In this document: positions 1 to 8,993 of the stretch, in pieces | How the letters are laid out: the number at the start of each line of letters is the position of its first letter | Position numbering within the stretch: the first letter of the stretch is position 1 | NCBI GenBank assembly: GCA_963804995.1 | Contig: CAWDSK010000005.1 | Coordinates: forward strand, 224,001-288,000 | Source of the DNA: an uncultured Acidobacteriota bacterium | Lineage (GTDB): Bacteria; Acidobacteriota; Terriglobia; UBA7540 | Length of the DNA stretch: 64,000 bases | Reading direction: 5' to 3' | Program-made: the position numbers and the translations under genes | Notes under the pieces: generated by a model | Seen by the model: only the letters and a program-made list of their open reading frames with translations | Databases searched by the model: none | Told to the model about the DNA's origin: nothing

Positions 1-369
1 CCCGTGGATTTTTCCCAGGCGGCGGCCTTCGCGGCGCAACTTGCCGTCAAGATATTGGAAGAGGGCATGGAGCCGGGAGTGTGCTTGAACGTGAACGTGC
101 CGCGCGGCGAAGTGCGTGGCGTGCGCATTACCCGGCAGAGTCAGAAGGTTTCGCGAAACGTCGTCCTCGAAAAGCAGGACCCGCGCGGGCGGCACTATTA
201 TTGGCTCGACGAAACCGTGGAACCGGACGCAGTTGAGCCGGATTCCGATTACGGCGCCATTCTCGCCCGCGAAATCTCCATAACACCCCTCCACGCTGAC
301 CGCACGCATTACCCCAGTCTGAACCATATTTCCCGCTGGCTGCCCGCCTTGCAGGTGACGAAGAAGTAG
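1..369 (+). CDS. surE: 5'/3'-nucleotidase SurE, 3' part (truncated by window edge)
   Basis: LNVNVP...DPRGRHYYW...SDYGA...ISITPLH is typical of the SurE C-terminal half. Confidence 0.9.
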   Translation, partial: PVDFSQAAAFAAQLAVKILEEGMEPGVCLNVNVPRGEVRGVRITRQSQKVSRNVVLEKQDPRGRHYYWLDETVEPDAVEPDSDYGAILAREISITPLHADRTHYPSLNHISRWLPALQVTKK

Positions 370-415
370 AGGCTTGGGGTTGGGAATTAGGGATTCGGGG
401 ATATTGAAATCATAG

Positions 416-484
416 CCCTCTCCGAGGGGAGAGGGTGGACCGCCGCCGGCGTTTTCATCAGCCGGGGCGGGACGGGTGAGGGGG
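416..484. repeat. Palindromic repeat core (CCCTCTCC..GGAGAGGG / GGGTGAGGGG family), partial copy
   Basis: Near-identical to 43054-43121, 40178-40245, and the reverse complement of 7228-7296. Confidence 0.85.
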
Positions 485-720
485 TACTTCACCACCCGAT
501 GAGCGGACCCGCACCCACTTACAGAACCGGCGGCAAAGTCGGCATGTCAGGTCGGTGAGTCCGTCTTCGCCAGGGATCACGCTATCCCGAGACAGTTCTG
601 CAACGTGCCGCAAGCAGGCCAGTCGCCGCGGTGATGTCGATATCCGCGATCAGCAATTTTTCGTCCTGCGATGTTATGATAAATTACTCGGGGGCCGCAG
701 ATCAAACAACCGCCAGAACC

Positions 721-2892
721 ATGACGAACAAAGATGTTATATCCGGGTTGGTGACGCCGATCGTCATCATCACATCGACCCTGAGCTATGTGGCGTTGAT
801 TTTTTCCGGACCACTGGCGCCGGGACTGCCCATCGGCATCGGATACGGATTAGTCAGCGCTGGCATCATGGGGATCGTGTTTGCCGTGGGCAGCGGCATG
901 CCCTTCGCGATCGCCGGTCCGGACTCCAAGCTGGTCGCCGTCCTCGCCGCTCTCGCTACCGTGATCGCAGGCGACCTCGCGAGTCGCGGACGTGCCGCGG
1001 AAGCTCCTGCCACCGTATTGTTTGCGCTGGTCGCTGGAACCCTGATTACCGGCGTGACGCTTTACCTGCTGGGGGCATGGCGGGCGGGGCGCTGGATCCG
1101 GTTCGTACCCTATCCCGTGATCGCGGGATTCATGGCTGCGTCAGGATACTTGTTGGCCACGGGCGGTATCCGCATCGTGACCGGCACGCCGATCTCGCTC
1201 GAGTTGGTGGAGCAGCTTACTCGGGGACAGCACTTGTTTCAACTCACGGCCGCCCTGGCTTTCACGCTCGGCCTGTTTTGGATCAAGCGGGTAAAGCACC
1301 CCTTGGCGTTTCCCGCGCTGCTGCTGGGCGGAACCTTGGCCACGCATGGGGCTTTGCATAGCGCCGGATACTCGTTCGCTGCGGCTCGCCAGGCGGGGTG
1401 GCTCCTGGAGCTTTCAAACGGCGCGGCCTTGCCGGGTCCCTGGCTACTCAAGGCTCTGCCCAAGATCCACTTGGCGGAATTGCTGTGGGCGGGCGGCGGA
1501 TACGTCGCGCTGGTCGCCGTTACCGCCATGACGCTGTTGCTGAGCCTGATGGCCATCGAAGTTGAAACACGGCTCGACCTCGACCTTGACCGCGAACTGC
1601 GCCTGAACGGCTTCGCCAATATTCTGGTAGGCCTTTCCGGCGGGATGACCGGAACGCTGTCGGCGAGCCGGACGTTGTTCAACTATCGTACGGGAGCGCG
1701 CACGCGTGCCAGCGGCATTCTGGCCGGCATGGTCTGCTTGCTCACGCTGGCATTCGGCACCAAGGCGCTGGGCTTTGTGCCGGTGCCGATACTGGGCGCG
1801 CTGCTGTTACAACTGGGTGCGGAGTTGCTGGATGACTGGTTGGTAAAGGGGTGGCGCACCATGCAGCGCGCCGACTACATCCAGATGGTCGTCATCTTCC
1901 TGGCGATTGTGGCGTGGGACTTCGTGGCTGGTGTAGCAGTGGGTATCATCGCCGCCTGCATTACCTTCGCGGTCAATACCAGCCGCTTGCGCCTGGTGAA
2001 GCTGGGGCTGAACCGTGCGGTTTACAGCGGGCGCGTGGACCGGCCTGTTTACCAGCAGGAACAGCTTGTATTGCACGGCCAGAGCATCCAGATCATGTGG
2101 CTGCACAGCTTCGTATTCTTCGGCAGCGCCCATCGCCTGTTGCTGCAAATCCAGGAGATTATCAAGGCGCAGCAGGGTTCCTGCCGCAGCTTGATTCTCG
2201 ACTTCCGGCAGGTGCTGGGGATCGATTCGTCGGCGGTGATGAGCTTCATCAAGCTTCGCCAGGTAGCTGAACGCGAGGGCTTCGTGATGGTGCTGTCGGA
2301 GATTCCGCCACAAGTGTCGCACGCCTTGCGCGTCGGTGGGCTGCTCGGCGACGGCGACAATTTCACTTGCCGTGTCTTTACGAATACCGACGGGGCGCTC
2401 GAATGGTGCGAGGACAAACTGCTGGCGGAGATCACGACTCGCGAAGAAGCCTTGACCTCAGCGGATAAATGGCTGGCTGAGGAGATCGGCGGCGAACCAC
2501 TTTTCGCACGACTGGTTTCCTACCTCGAGGTGGTCGAATGTCAACCGGGCGACATTCTGATTCGACAAGGCGATGTGGGCGACAGCCTGTATCTGCTCAA
2601 TGCCGGCCGGGTCACGGTGCTGTTGCGAACCCCGGAGGGCGCAGAGTTGCGCTTGCGCAGCATGTTGGGACACACGATTGTCGGCGAAATGGGTCTGTAC
2701 CGAACCCTTCCCCGCGGCGCCTCGGTGCGCGCCGATCAGCCCACGGTGGCTTACCGGATGACGCACGAAGCCATGGCGCGGATGGAACATGATGATCCCG
2801 CCCTCGCCCACAGCTTCCACAAACTGGTGATTCGCACGCTGGCGGCGCGGCTGGATTTTGCCAATCGGGAATTGGCGAGTTTGCAGCGCTGA
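721..2892 (+). CDS. SulP family anion transporter with STAS and C-terminal cyclic-nucleotide-binding domains
   Basis: RFVPYPVIAGF SulP motif; FFGSA...LILDFRQVLGIDSSA STAS motif; LIRQGDVGDSLY...GEMGLY...PRGASVRA cNMP domain. Start chosen at MTNKD; frame open from 631. Confidence 0.9.
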   Translation: MTNKDVISGLVTPIVIITSTLSYVALIFSGPLAPGLPIGIGYGLVSAGIMGIVFAVGSGMPFAIAGPDSKLVAVLAALATVIAGDLASRGRAAEAPATVLFALVAGTLITGVTLYLLGAWRAGRWIRFVPYPVIAGFMAASGYLLATGGIRIVTGTPISLELVEQLTRGQHLFQLTAALAFTLGLFWIKRVKHPLAFPALLLGGTLATHGALHSAGYSFAAARQAGWLLELSNGAALPGPWLLKALPKIHLAELLWAGGGYVALVAVTAMTLLLSLMAIEVETRLDLDLDRELRLNGFANILVGLSGGMTGTLSASRTLFNYRTGARTRASGILAGMVCLLTLAFGTKALGFVPVPILGALLLQLGAELLDDWLVKGWRTMQRADYIQMVVIFLAIVAWDFVAGVAVGIIAACITFAVNTSRLRLVKLGLNRAVYSGRVDRPVYQQEQLVLHGQSIQIMWLHSFVFFGSAHRLLLQIQEIIKAQQGSCRSLILDFRQVLGIDSSAVMSFIKLRQVAEREGFVMVLSEIPPQVSHALRVGGLLGDGDNFTCRVFTNTDGALEWCEDKLLAEITTREEALTSADKWLAEEIGGEPLFARLVSYLEVVECQPGDILIRQGDVGDSLYLLNAGRVTVLLRTPEGAELRLRSMLGHTIVGEMGLYRTLPRGASVRADQPTVAYRMTHEAMARMEHDDPALAHSFHKLVIRTLAARLDFANRELASLQR

Positions 2893-3092
2893 GGCACAAG
2901 AGAAAAATCAAATCGTGTCCGGCAGTCCCGCCGGCAGGTGGCGGGCACTGTCACGCTGATGACCTTCCCGTTTGAAAATGGAAATCCCCTTGACGGCGAA
3001 GGGACCGTCATAGGTACCTATACCCTCGTGGGCGAATTGATTAAACCCTAGCAGGCAGGTTGTAGCGCGGGTGTCCCCACACTACAAACCTC

Positions 3093-3860
3093 TCAGATGC
3101 CGCCGTACCAAGCCCACCCTCCTTCCGGAGCCTTGCCGCCCAGCCCTTTTCCATACTGTTTCGCATTGTCGGTCACGACGAGGTGAGTAAGGAACTTCAC
3201 GTTCTTGTATCCGACCTGCCGCCCCACGCGCATACGAACCGGAGCTCCGTGGGGTGCGGGAAGCTCCTGTCCATTCATGCCATAGGCAAGCAAGGTTTGC
3301 GGATGCCACGCGTCGAACATGTCCATGGTGTCCCAAACTGTGTCGAAGGAAAAGATGGCGACGTACTTGGCCTGCGGACTGATACCAACCAAATTCAAGA
3401 TATGGGAGAGCTGGACTCCGGTCCATTCGGCGATGAACGACCAGCCTTGTTCGCAAACGTGGAGCGTGACCTGGCTTACGGAAGGTAACCGTCTCAGATC
3501 CGCGAGCGAGAAGGACTGTGGCCGCGCGACCATGCCGTCGACGTTCAGCCGCCAGTCCGCGAATCCACCGCGCAAATGTTGCCGATACACGTTGCTCTGG
3601 GGAACCTGGCCCTTTACAGGAATGACCCCTTTGGAGATTTGGCTGCGGTCAAATTCGCGAGCCAGGGGATGATGCATCTGAAGAATTCGCTGGGCAGCAT
3701 AGGTGAGGGTGTTGCCCGGTCCCCATATACCCCGGTCATCGGGCGGGATCAGGCCGTAGCGATGGGCGAGGTGGTCAGCCACGCCCAGGCCAGCCACACC
3801 TGCGGCAGCCGCGAGGCCCGTGGTGATCATCTTTCGCCGGGAGATTTTACGGCCGTTCAT
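3093..3860 (-). CDS. Molybdopterin-dependent oxidoreductase (sulfite oxidase / MsrP-like) with Tat-type signal
   Basis: SRRKMI twin-arginine leader; HVCEQGWSFIAEWTGV; LAYGMNG.ELPAPHGAPVR; GYKNVK. Confidence 0.88.
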   Translation of the reverse strand: MNGRKISRRKMITTGLAAAAGVAGLGVADHLAHRYGLIPPDDRGIWGPGNTLTYAAQRILQMHHPLAREFDRSQISKGVIPVKGQVPQSNVYRQHLRGGFADWRLNVDGMVARPQSFSLADLRRLPSVSQVTLHVCEQGWSFIAEWTGVQLSHILNLVGISPQAKYVAIFSFDTVWDTMDMFDAWHPQTLLAYGMNGQELPAPHGAPVRMRVGRQVGYKNVKFLTHLVVTDNAKQYGKGLGGKAPEGGWAWYGGI

Positions 3861-4600
3861 GCGGACTCCTTGCGCGTGGCAACTCGACCCGTAATCATGC
3901 CCCCCATGCGGTTCAAAAATCCTGCAAGACAAACCATGGCAATGTGGATGACGAGGAATGCCACAAGTAAAACTGCCGCGCAGAAGTGAAGGGTTCGCGC
4001 CGATTGGTGACCGCCGAGGATATTGACCATCCAAGGGAATACCGCGGTAAGCCCAAGGGACATGGCAAAACCCGTCCAGATCATGAACGGAAAAAGGACG
4101 AAGATAACCCCCAGGTAAGTCATTCTCTGAACCGCGTTATACGTCTGGGATTCAGCGTCTGTAGGGCGCCCCGGCCATAAGCGAATCGAAACTTTCTGCG
4201 CGATGGAGAACCAGGAGAAGTCCCCCCGGGAGGGCAGCAAATTTTTGCGGAAATGCCCCGTGAAGAGGCCGTAGACGACATAAACCAGGCCGGTCAAAAT
4301 ACAAATCCAGGCAGAGAGGAAATGGAGATGCCGGCCCCAGCCGGACTGGCCCCTGGATACGTATGGAATGGGCAAATCGATGAGAGACGGAGTTAACCAG
4401 GAGCCCGTTTCCCCCCAGTAGAGAGTGGGTTGAACCAGGAGAATGGCCGTACCACTAACCAGCAAGCCGATAAACGCAAGCGTCGTGAGCCAGTGGGTGA
4501 CCCGGACAACAACCGAGTGCCGGGGCGAATCGACAAGAGTCGGATCTTGAACGCCGAGCGCTGGCACACCAAGCCCTGGGATGTAGGCAGATTGCGACAT
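3857..4600 (-). CDS. Cytochrome b (Ni/Fe-hydrogenase / thiosulfate reductase cyt b type) membrane subunit
   Basis: VRVTHW, RHLHF, YNAVQRMTY and ARTLHF heme-ligand motifs; ATGA overlap with the oxidoreductase. Confidence 0.88.
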   Translation of the reverse strand: MSQSAYIPGLGVPALGVQDPTLVDSPRHSVVVRVTHWLTTLAFIGLLVSGTAILLVQPTLYWGETGSWLTPSLIDLPIPYVSRGQSGWGRHLHFLSAWICILTGLVYVVYGLFTGHFRKNLLPSRGDFSWFSIAQKVSIRLWPGRPTDAESQTYNAVQRMTYLGVIFVLFPFMIWTGFAMSLGLTAVFPWMVNILGGHQSARTLHFCAAVLLVAFLVIHIAMVCLAGFLNRMGGMITGRVATRKESA

Positions 4601-4647
4601 ATAGTCAGGCTAGGGTAGCATGCGAGTATAGGGCGGTCAATGTTGCG

Positions 4648-4839
4648 AAAAGGACAACCTTACTGACTCTCGATTGCCAAAAAGGGATCTTGGGATTTGT
4701 CCCCGGCGCTGAGGCTATCATTAAGGACGCCTGTTTCGACGCCGATCCGGAAGTTCACCGGGTTCTCACTGAGAAGGTTTTCCCGGCACAAGCCTCGGTC
4801 CTTACCGTGGATGCCTTCATCGCCGAGCAGGGGGAGTGA
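4648..4839 (+). pseudogene. Isochorismatase-family cysteine hydrolase remnant with a large internal deletion
   Basis: One frame reads KRTTLLTLDCQKGILGFVPGAEAII, then directly KDACFDADPEVHRVLTEKVFPAQASVLTVDAF*. These match the N- and C-termini of the family; no in-frame start found. Confidence 0.65.
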
Positions 4840-5784
4840 TTGAGTTCCGAAAACTCCCAGGAAACGTTGCAACAATCCGAGGCAACTTACGCGGGGCTGC
4901 CCCCTTCCCAGGGATGGCAAAAGACTTTTTCCGCCTTACGCAATCCTAATTACCGCTACTTCTATTCGGGACAAACCGTTTCACTGATCGGCACCTGGAC
5001 CCGCACCGCCGCGTTGGGATGGGTGGCCTTTCAGTTCACTCATTCGGAATTCTTGCTGGGAATTGTTTTCATGCTCAATTCCCTTCCCATTTTCCTTTTC
5101 GCCGTTTATGCCGGTTCTCTGGCCGACCGTATTCCGAAGATCCGGATTTTTACATTCACGAGTTGGTTCTCGCTGCTGTCTTCCTTGACTTTGGCCGTCA
5201 TGTTGTTCCGCGGTCCTGTGCACATTGCCTATCTCATGATCTTTGCCGCCCTTTGGGGGCTCTCCACCACCTTTGAGATGCCGTCCCGGCAGACCCTCAT
5301 GGTGGAATTGGTGGGCAAGAAAGATCTGGTGAACGCCATCGCTCTGAACAGCGCCATGGTGAATTCGGCCCGGGTCATCGGTCCCGCTATTGGAGGCGTT
5401 TTACTGGCTTCCTTCGGGGCGGGCTGGTGTTTTCTCTTGGACGCCATCAGTTATTTGGCGGTGCTTTACGCGATTCACAAAATCCAGCTTCCCGCCTCGC
5501 ACTACGCGCCCAAAAAGGTAAAAGCCGACTGGAAATATACTTTAGAAGGATTCAAATATTTAAAAACCAATCCCGCCATAGCTCAAACGGTAAGCCTGCT
5601 TTTCATTATGGGATTGGGAGGCTGGGCCTATCAAACCCAGCTTTCCGCCTTCGTAGTTACCCAACTGAAGATAGGCGCCCAAGGTTATGGCTGGCTTTTG
5701 GCCCTGAATGGTCTGGGCGCTTGTACCGCCGCTTTGTTCGTCGCCACCCAGGGCTCTCGCATCGTCCGCCTTCGGTCGATATAG
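4840..5784 (+). pseudogene. MFS transporter (MFS_3 / DUF894-like), apparently C-terminally truncated
   Basis: FSALRNPNYRYFYSGQTVSLIGTW, GSLADR, NAIALNS...ARVIGPAIGG; only 314 aa and ends abruptly just before a repeat remnant. Confidence 0.7.
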
Positions 5785-6003
5785 CAAATGTACATGGCGC
5801 GGAGGAAGCAAGGCGGTAGCTGCTGCTACCGCACTCCAATGCGGCTTACTGGTACCGCCGGGCTGGGAAGCCTCCCTGCCAAAGTTCGCTTGAGCAAGAG
5901 TGGCTGGATATCGCCGAGTCACTATTGAGCGGCGCCTGACCCGGTTCGTAGAACAACTGGCGCCTGTCCACCCGCACCTCATCCGGTGGACGCTGCGGTT
6001 CTT

Positions 6004-6145
6004 TCAGGCAGCGTATCCCTTGATCCGGATTTCTCCCTTCGACACGTCAACCGCGCCGGGAGCCCAGATCTGGATCAGGTTCAGCCACGAGTACTCCGGA
6101 TGGTTGGTGGTCAGCGTCACGTTCTCCCGCGCTGTACTCGGCCAT
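6004..6145 (-). pseudogene. Remnant of a DUF3237-like hypothetical gene (start joined out of frame to the C-terminus)
   Basis: GGGGAGG RBS plus ATG at 6145, then in another frame RENVTLTTNHPEYSWLNLIQIWAPGAVDVSKGEIRIKGYAA*. Confidence 0.45.
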
Positions 6146-6246
6146 ACTGATCCTCCCCTTTGTGCGCCCTTGCCGGTTATTGCTATCCTGCACGCCGAAA
6201 CCGTCGGCGAGAGGGAATCGGTAAACCCTGCGCCGTTACAAGGGAG

Positions 6247-6933
6247 CTAACTCCGGGGACCATGCGACTCTGCGCTTAGACTGGGGGCCGTTGCCGCCTG
6301 CTGCCGCCCGCGTTCCCGCACCTCAGCGCGCACCTGCTCAGCCTGCTCGGCGGTAAACTTGAAGGCGCCGAGCGGAGGAGCTTCATAGTCCCTCCGTCCC
6401 CAGATTGCCCGCATGATCCCGGTGGGAGAATGCCCCTGTTGCCCCAGCAGCAGGTGGCCGATTTCGTGTGCGATGGCAGGGCCGAGGACGGCGTAGGGCC
6501 TTACTCCGAACTTTGCCGCCTCTGCTTTGACTTGGCAGAAGGAGAGGCTGGCGAGGTTGCCGATGGCAAAGCCCATGGTACTGTCGTGCGTAACACCCGG
6601 GACAACGGCAATCTCCGGGAGGATCCTCAAGATAAGTTCGGTTGGCTTCGTGGATTCAGTGCAGTCGACCCCCTGCGGGATGCCCGTCAGCTCAGTGTTG
6701 CAGTTCCTCCACGCAACCTCAATCCCTGCGTCACGGTAAATTCTTGCCACATCCCTTTCCGCTTGCTCCAGGGTCTGCCGTGGTACCTGAGCATAGTTGT
6801 AGACCCACACGCTAATGTCTGGCAGTACGGCATCTGTAGTCCGGCTGCGGTCATGCGCAAGAGCTGGAGAATCGAAACTGAGAAGAAAACCCAGGATGAG
6901 GAAGCTTGCGAAGAATTTTTTCATGGCCGTCAC
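6247..6933 (-). CDS. Secreted hypothetical protein with zincin-like HExGH motif
   Basis: Signal peptide (..SPALA); VWVYNYAQVP; AIAHEIGHLLLG...H..GIM. Confidence 0.8.
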   Translation of the reverse strand: MTAMKKFFASFLILGFLLSFDSPALAHDRSRTTDAVLPDISVWVYNYAQVPRQTLEQAERDVARIYRDAGIEVAWRNCNTELTGIPQGVDCTESTKPTELILRILPEIAVVPGVTHDSTMGFAIGNLASLSFCQVKAEAAKFGVRPYAVLGPAIAHEIGHLLLGQQGHSPTGIMRAIWGRRDYEAPPLGAFKFTAEQAEQVRAEVRERGRQQAATAPSLSAESHGPRS

Positions 6934-7165
6934 CTCTTGCCCGCGCCCTCAACTGCTGGCTGAGCGGGCCGCTTGGTGACGCCTATTTGGTAGTAGGTGG
7001 GCTGCTACCTCAATGCAAGGGAGGTCATACGTTTCTTAAGCTGAGGTCATACCGTAACTCAATGTTGGTAAAGGAGTTGTGGCTGGATGGAGCGGCATGA
7101 GGACTTGACTTTGCCTACCGTAGCGCGGATTTCTTACCACGCTTAAAGGGCCTTGGGAGGTTGCC

Positions 7166-7447
7166 GGAAGGGCGGGGCTTATGGTTTTTGAATTCTTAAC
7201 TTGTAGAATCTTCAAACACCCAAGTGACCCCTCACCCGTCCCGCCCCGGCTGATGAGAACGCCGGCGGCGGTCCACCCTCTCCCCTCGGAGAGGGCTAGG
7301 CACCGCAAATCCCAGCCTTCTCCCAGGGCTCGCAGATCCGCCGTGGCGGAAGAAGGTGGCCGACGTAGGAGGTCGGATGAGGGGTTACTTCCACGCGCGG
7401 GGCGTCGGAACAATTAACAACTCAAAAACCATAAGACCCGCCCTTCC
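7166..7447. mobile_element. MITE-like element, type A ends, around the palindromic core
   Basis: Imperfect ~38 bp terminal inverted repeats GGAAGGGCGGGGCTTATGGTTTTTGAATT.. / ..AACTCAAAAACCATAAGACCCGCCCTTCC; body matches 42929-43126 in reverse. Confidence 0.75.
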
Positions 7448-8284
7448 AAACCCGTGGTGACAAGTCCAGGTTAGTGGTAAACTCCGCCCCAGTTTAAATC
7501 TCCCGGGGAAGGGTCGCGTTACTGCTTCCGGTTGGGAACTCGCTCCCCACCGGCTTCCCTGTGAAAAGAGGCGTCCGCAATGAATGCCGCCCAACGATCC
7601 GACGGCTGCGTCCGCTTCGGCGCCTTCGAATTCAACCCTCAGACCGGGGAGCTGCTCAAGTATGGCTTGAAGATCAAGCTGTCCGGGCAGCCGATTGAAC
7701 TTCTCGCCATGTTGCTGGAGCGACCCGGACAACTGGTTACGCGCGAGGACTTGCAGAAGCGGCTCTGGCCCCACGATACCGTGGTGGAATTCGAGCACAG
7801 CATCAACGCCGCCATCAATCGTCTGCGCGAAGCCTTAAGTGATTCCGCCGATGAGCCGCACTACGTGGAGACGCTGCCGCGCCGGGGATATCGGTTCATA
7901 TTTCCCGTCGAGGACGGAGGCGAGGCAACTCCTCCCGGCAAGGCACCCGAGGCCGATGCCGCGCCTCCCTCCCAAGCTCCGCCGGCCGATCTGGTGGGAA
8001 GCACAGTTTCGCACTATCGAATTCACGAGGAGATCGGCAGCGGGGGAATGGGGGTTGTGTACCGGGCGGAGGACGTCAATCTGGGCCGCCCAGTGGCGCT
8101 GAAATTTCTTCCCCGGGAACTGGCGACAGAGCCCAAGGCCCTGGGCCGATTCCAGCGTGAGGCTCGCGCGGCCTCCGCCCTCAATCATCCCAACATCTGT
8201 ACGATCTACGAAGTGGGCGAGCACGAGGGCCGTCCTTTTATCGCCATGGAACTCCTGGAGGGCGAGACGCTAAAGGACAGGCTT

Positions 8285-8372
8285 GTAGCGCAGGGCCCGC
8301 CCTCCGGCCCTGCGGGTTTTCAAGCGAATCAAGTTGAAGGGCCGCAACGCCGGACAACGGGCGTTGCGCTAC
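8285..8372. repeat. GTAG-type REP doublet inside the kinase CDS
   Basis: GTAG-CGCAGGGCC..GGCCCTGCG, spacer, CGCAACGCC..GGCGTTGCG-CTAC. Confidence 0.8.
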
Positions 8373-8524
8373 AGCTTAACGAAATTCTCAACCTCGCCAG
8401 CCAAATTGCCGACGCCTTGGAGGCGGCCCATGCAAAGGGGATCATCCATCGGGACATCAAGCCAGCGAATATCTTTGTCACCCCGCGAGGTCAAGCCAAG
8501 GTTCTCGACTTCGGCCTCGCGAAA

Positions 8525-8576
8525 GTAGCGCTGCCGTCCTCGGCGGCTCCCGGTGCCGGCCAGAGGCCGGCGCTAC
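8525..8576. repeat. GTAG-type REP doublet inside the kinase CDS
   Basis: GTAG-CGCTGCCG TCCT CGGCGGC..GCCGGCC AGA GGCCGGCG-CTAC. Confidence 0.8.
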
Positions 8577-8944
8577 CAACCGCGGCGGAGGAATCGCTGA
8601 GCAGTCTGGGCGTGGCGGTGGGCACGGCCGCCTACATGTCGCCGGAGCAGGCGCGCGGCGAAGAGATCGACGCGCGAACAGACCTATTCAGCTTCGGCGC
8701 GGTGCTCTATGAGATGGCGACGGGGAGGCAGCCGTTCGCGGGCAACACCTCGGCGGTCATCTTCAATGCGATTCTGAGCCAAGCGCCGGTCTCTCCCGTC
8801 AGTCTGAATCCCACCCTGCCTCCCAAACTCGAGGAGATCATCAATAAGGCGCTGGAGAAAGACCGGGGGCTGCGTTACCAGTCGGCTGGAGACATGCGCG
8901 CCGACCTCCAACGCTTGAAACGCGATACGGATTCCGGAGGGGCT

Positions 8945-8993
8945 GTAGCGGCGATCTCTGATCGCCGCGCGGCGGTGGGGACACCGCCGCTAC
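8945..8993. repeat. GTAG-type REP doublet inside the kinase CDS
   Basis: GTAGCGGCGATC TCT GATCGCCGC followed by GCGGCGGTG GGGA CACCGCCGCTAC, two perfect stems. Confidence 0.85.
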
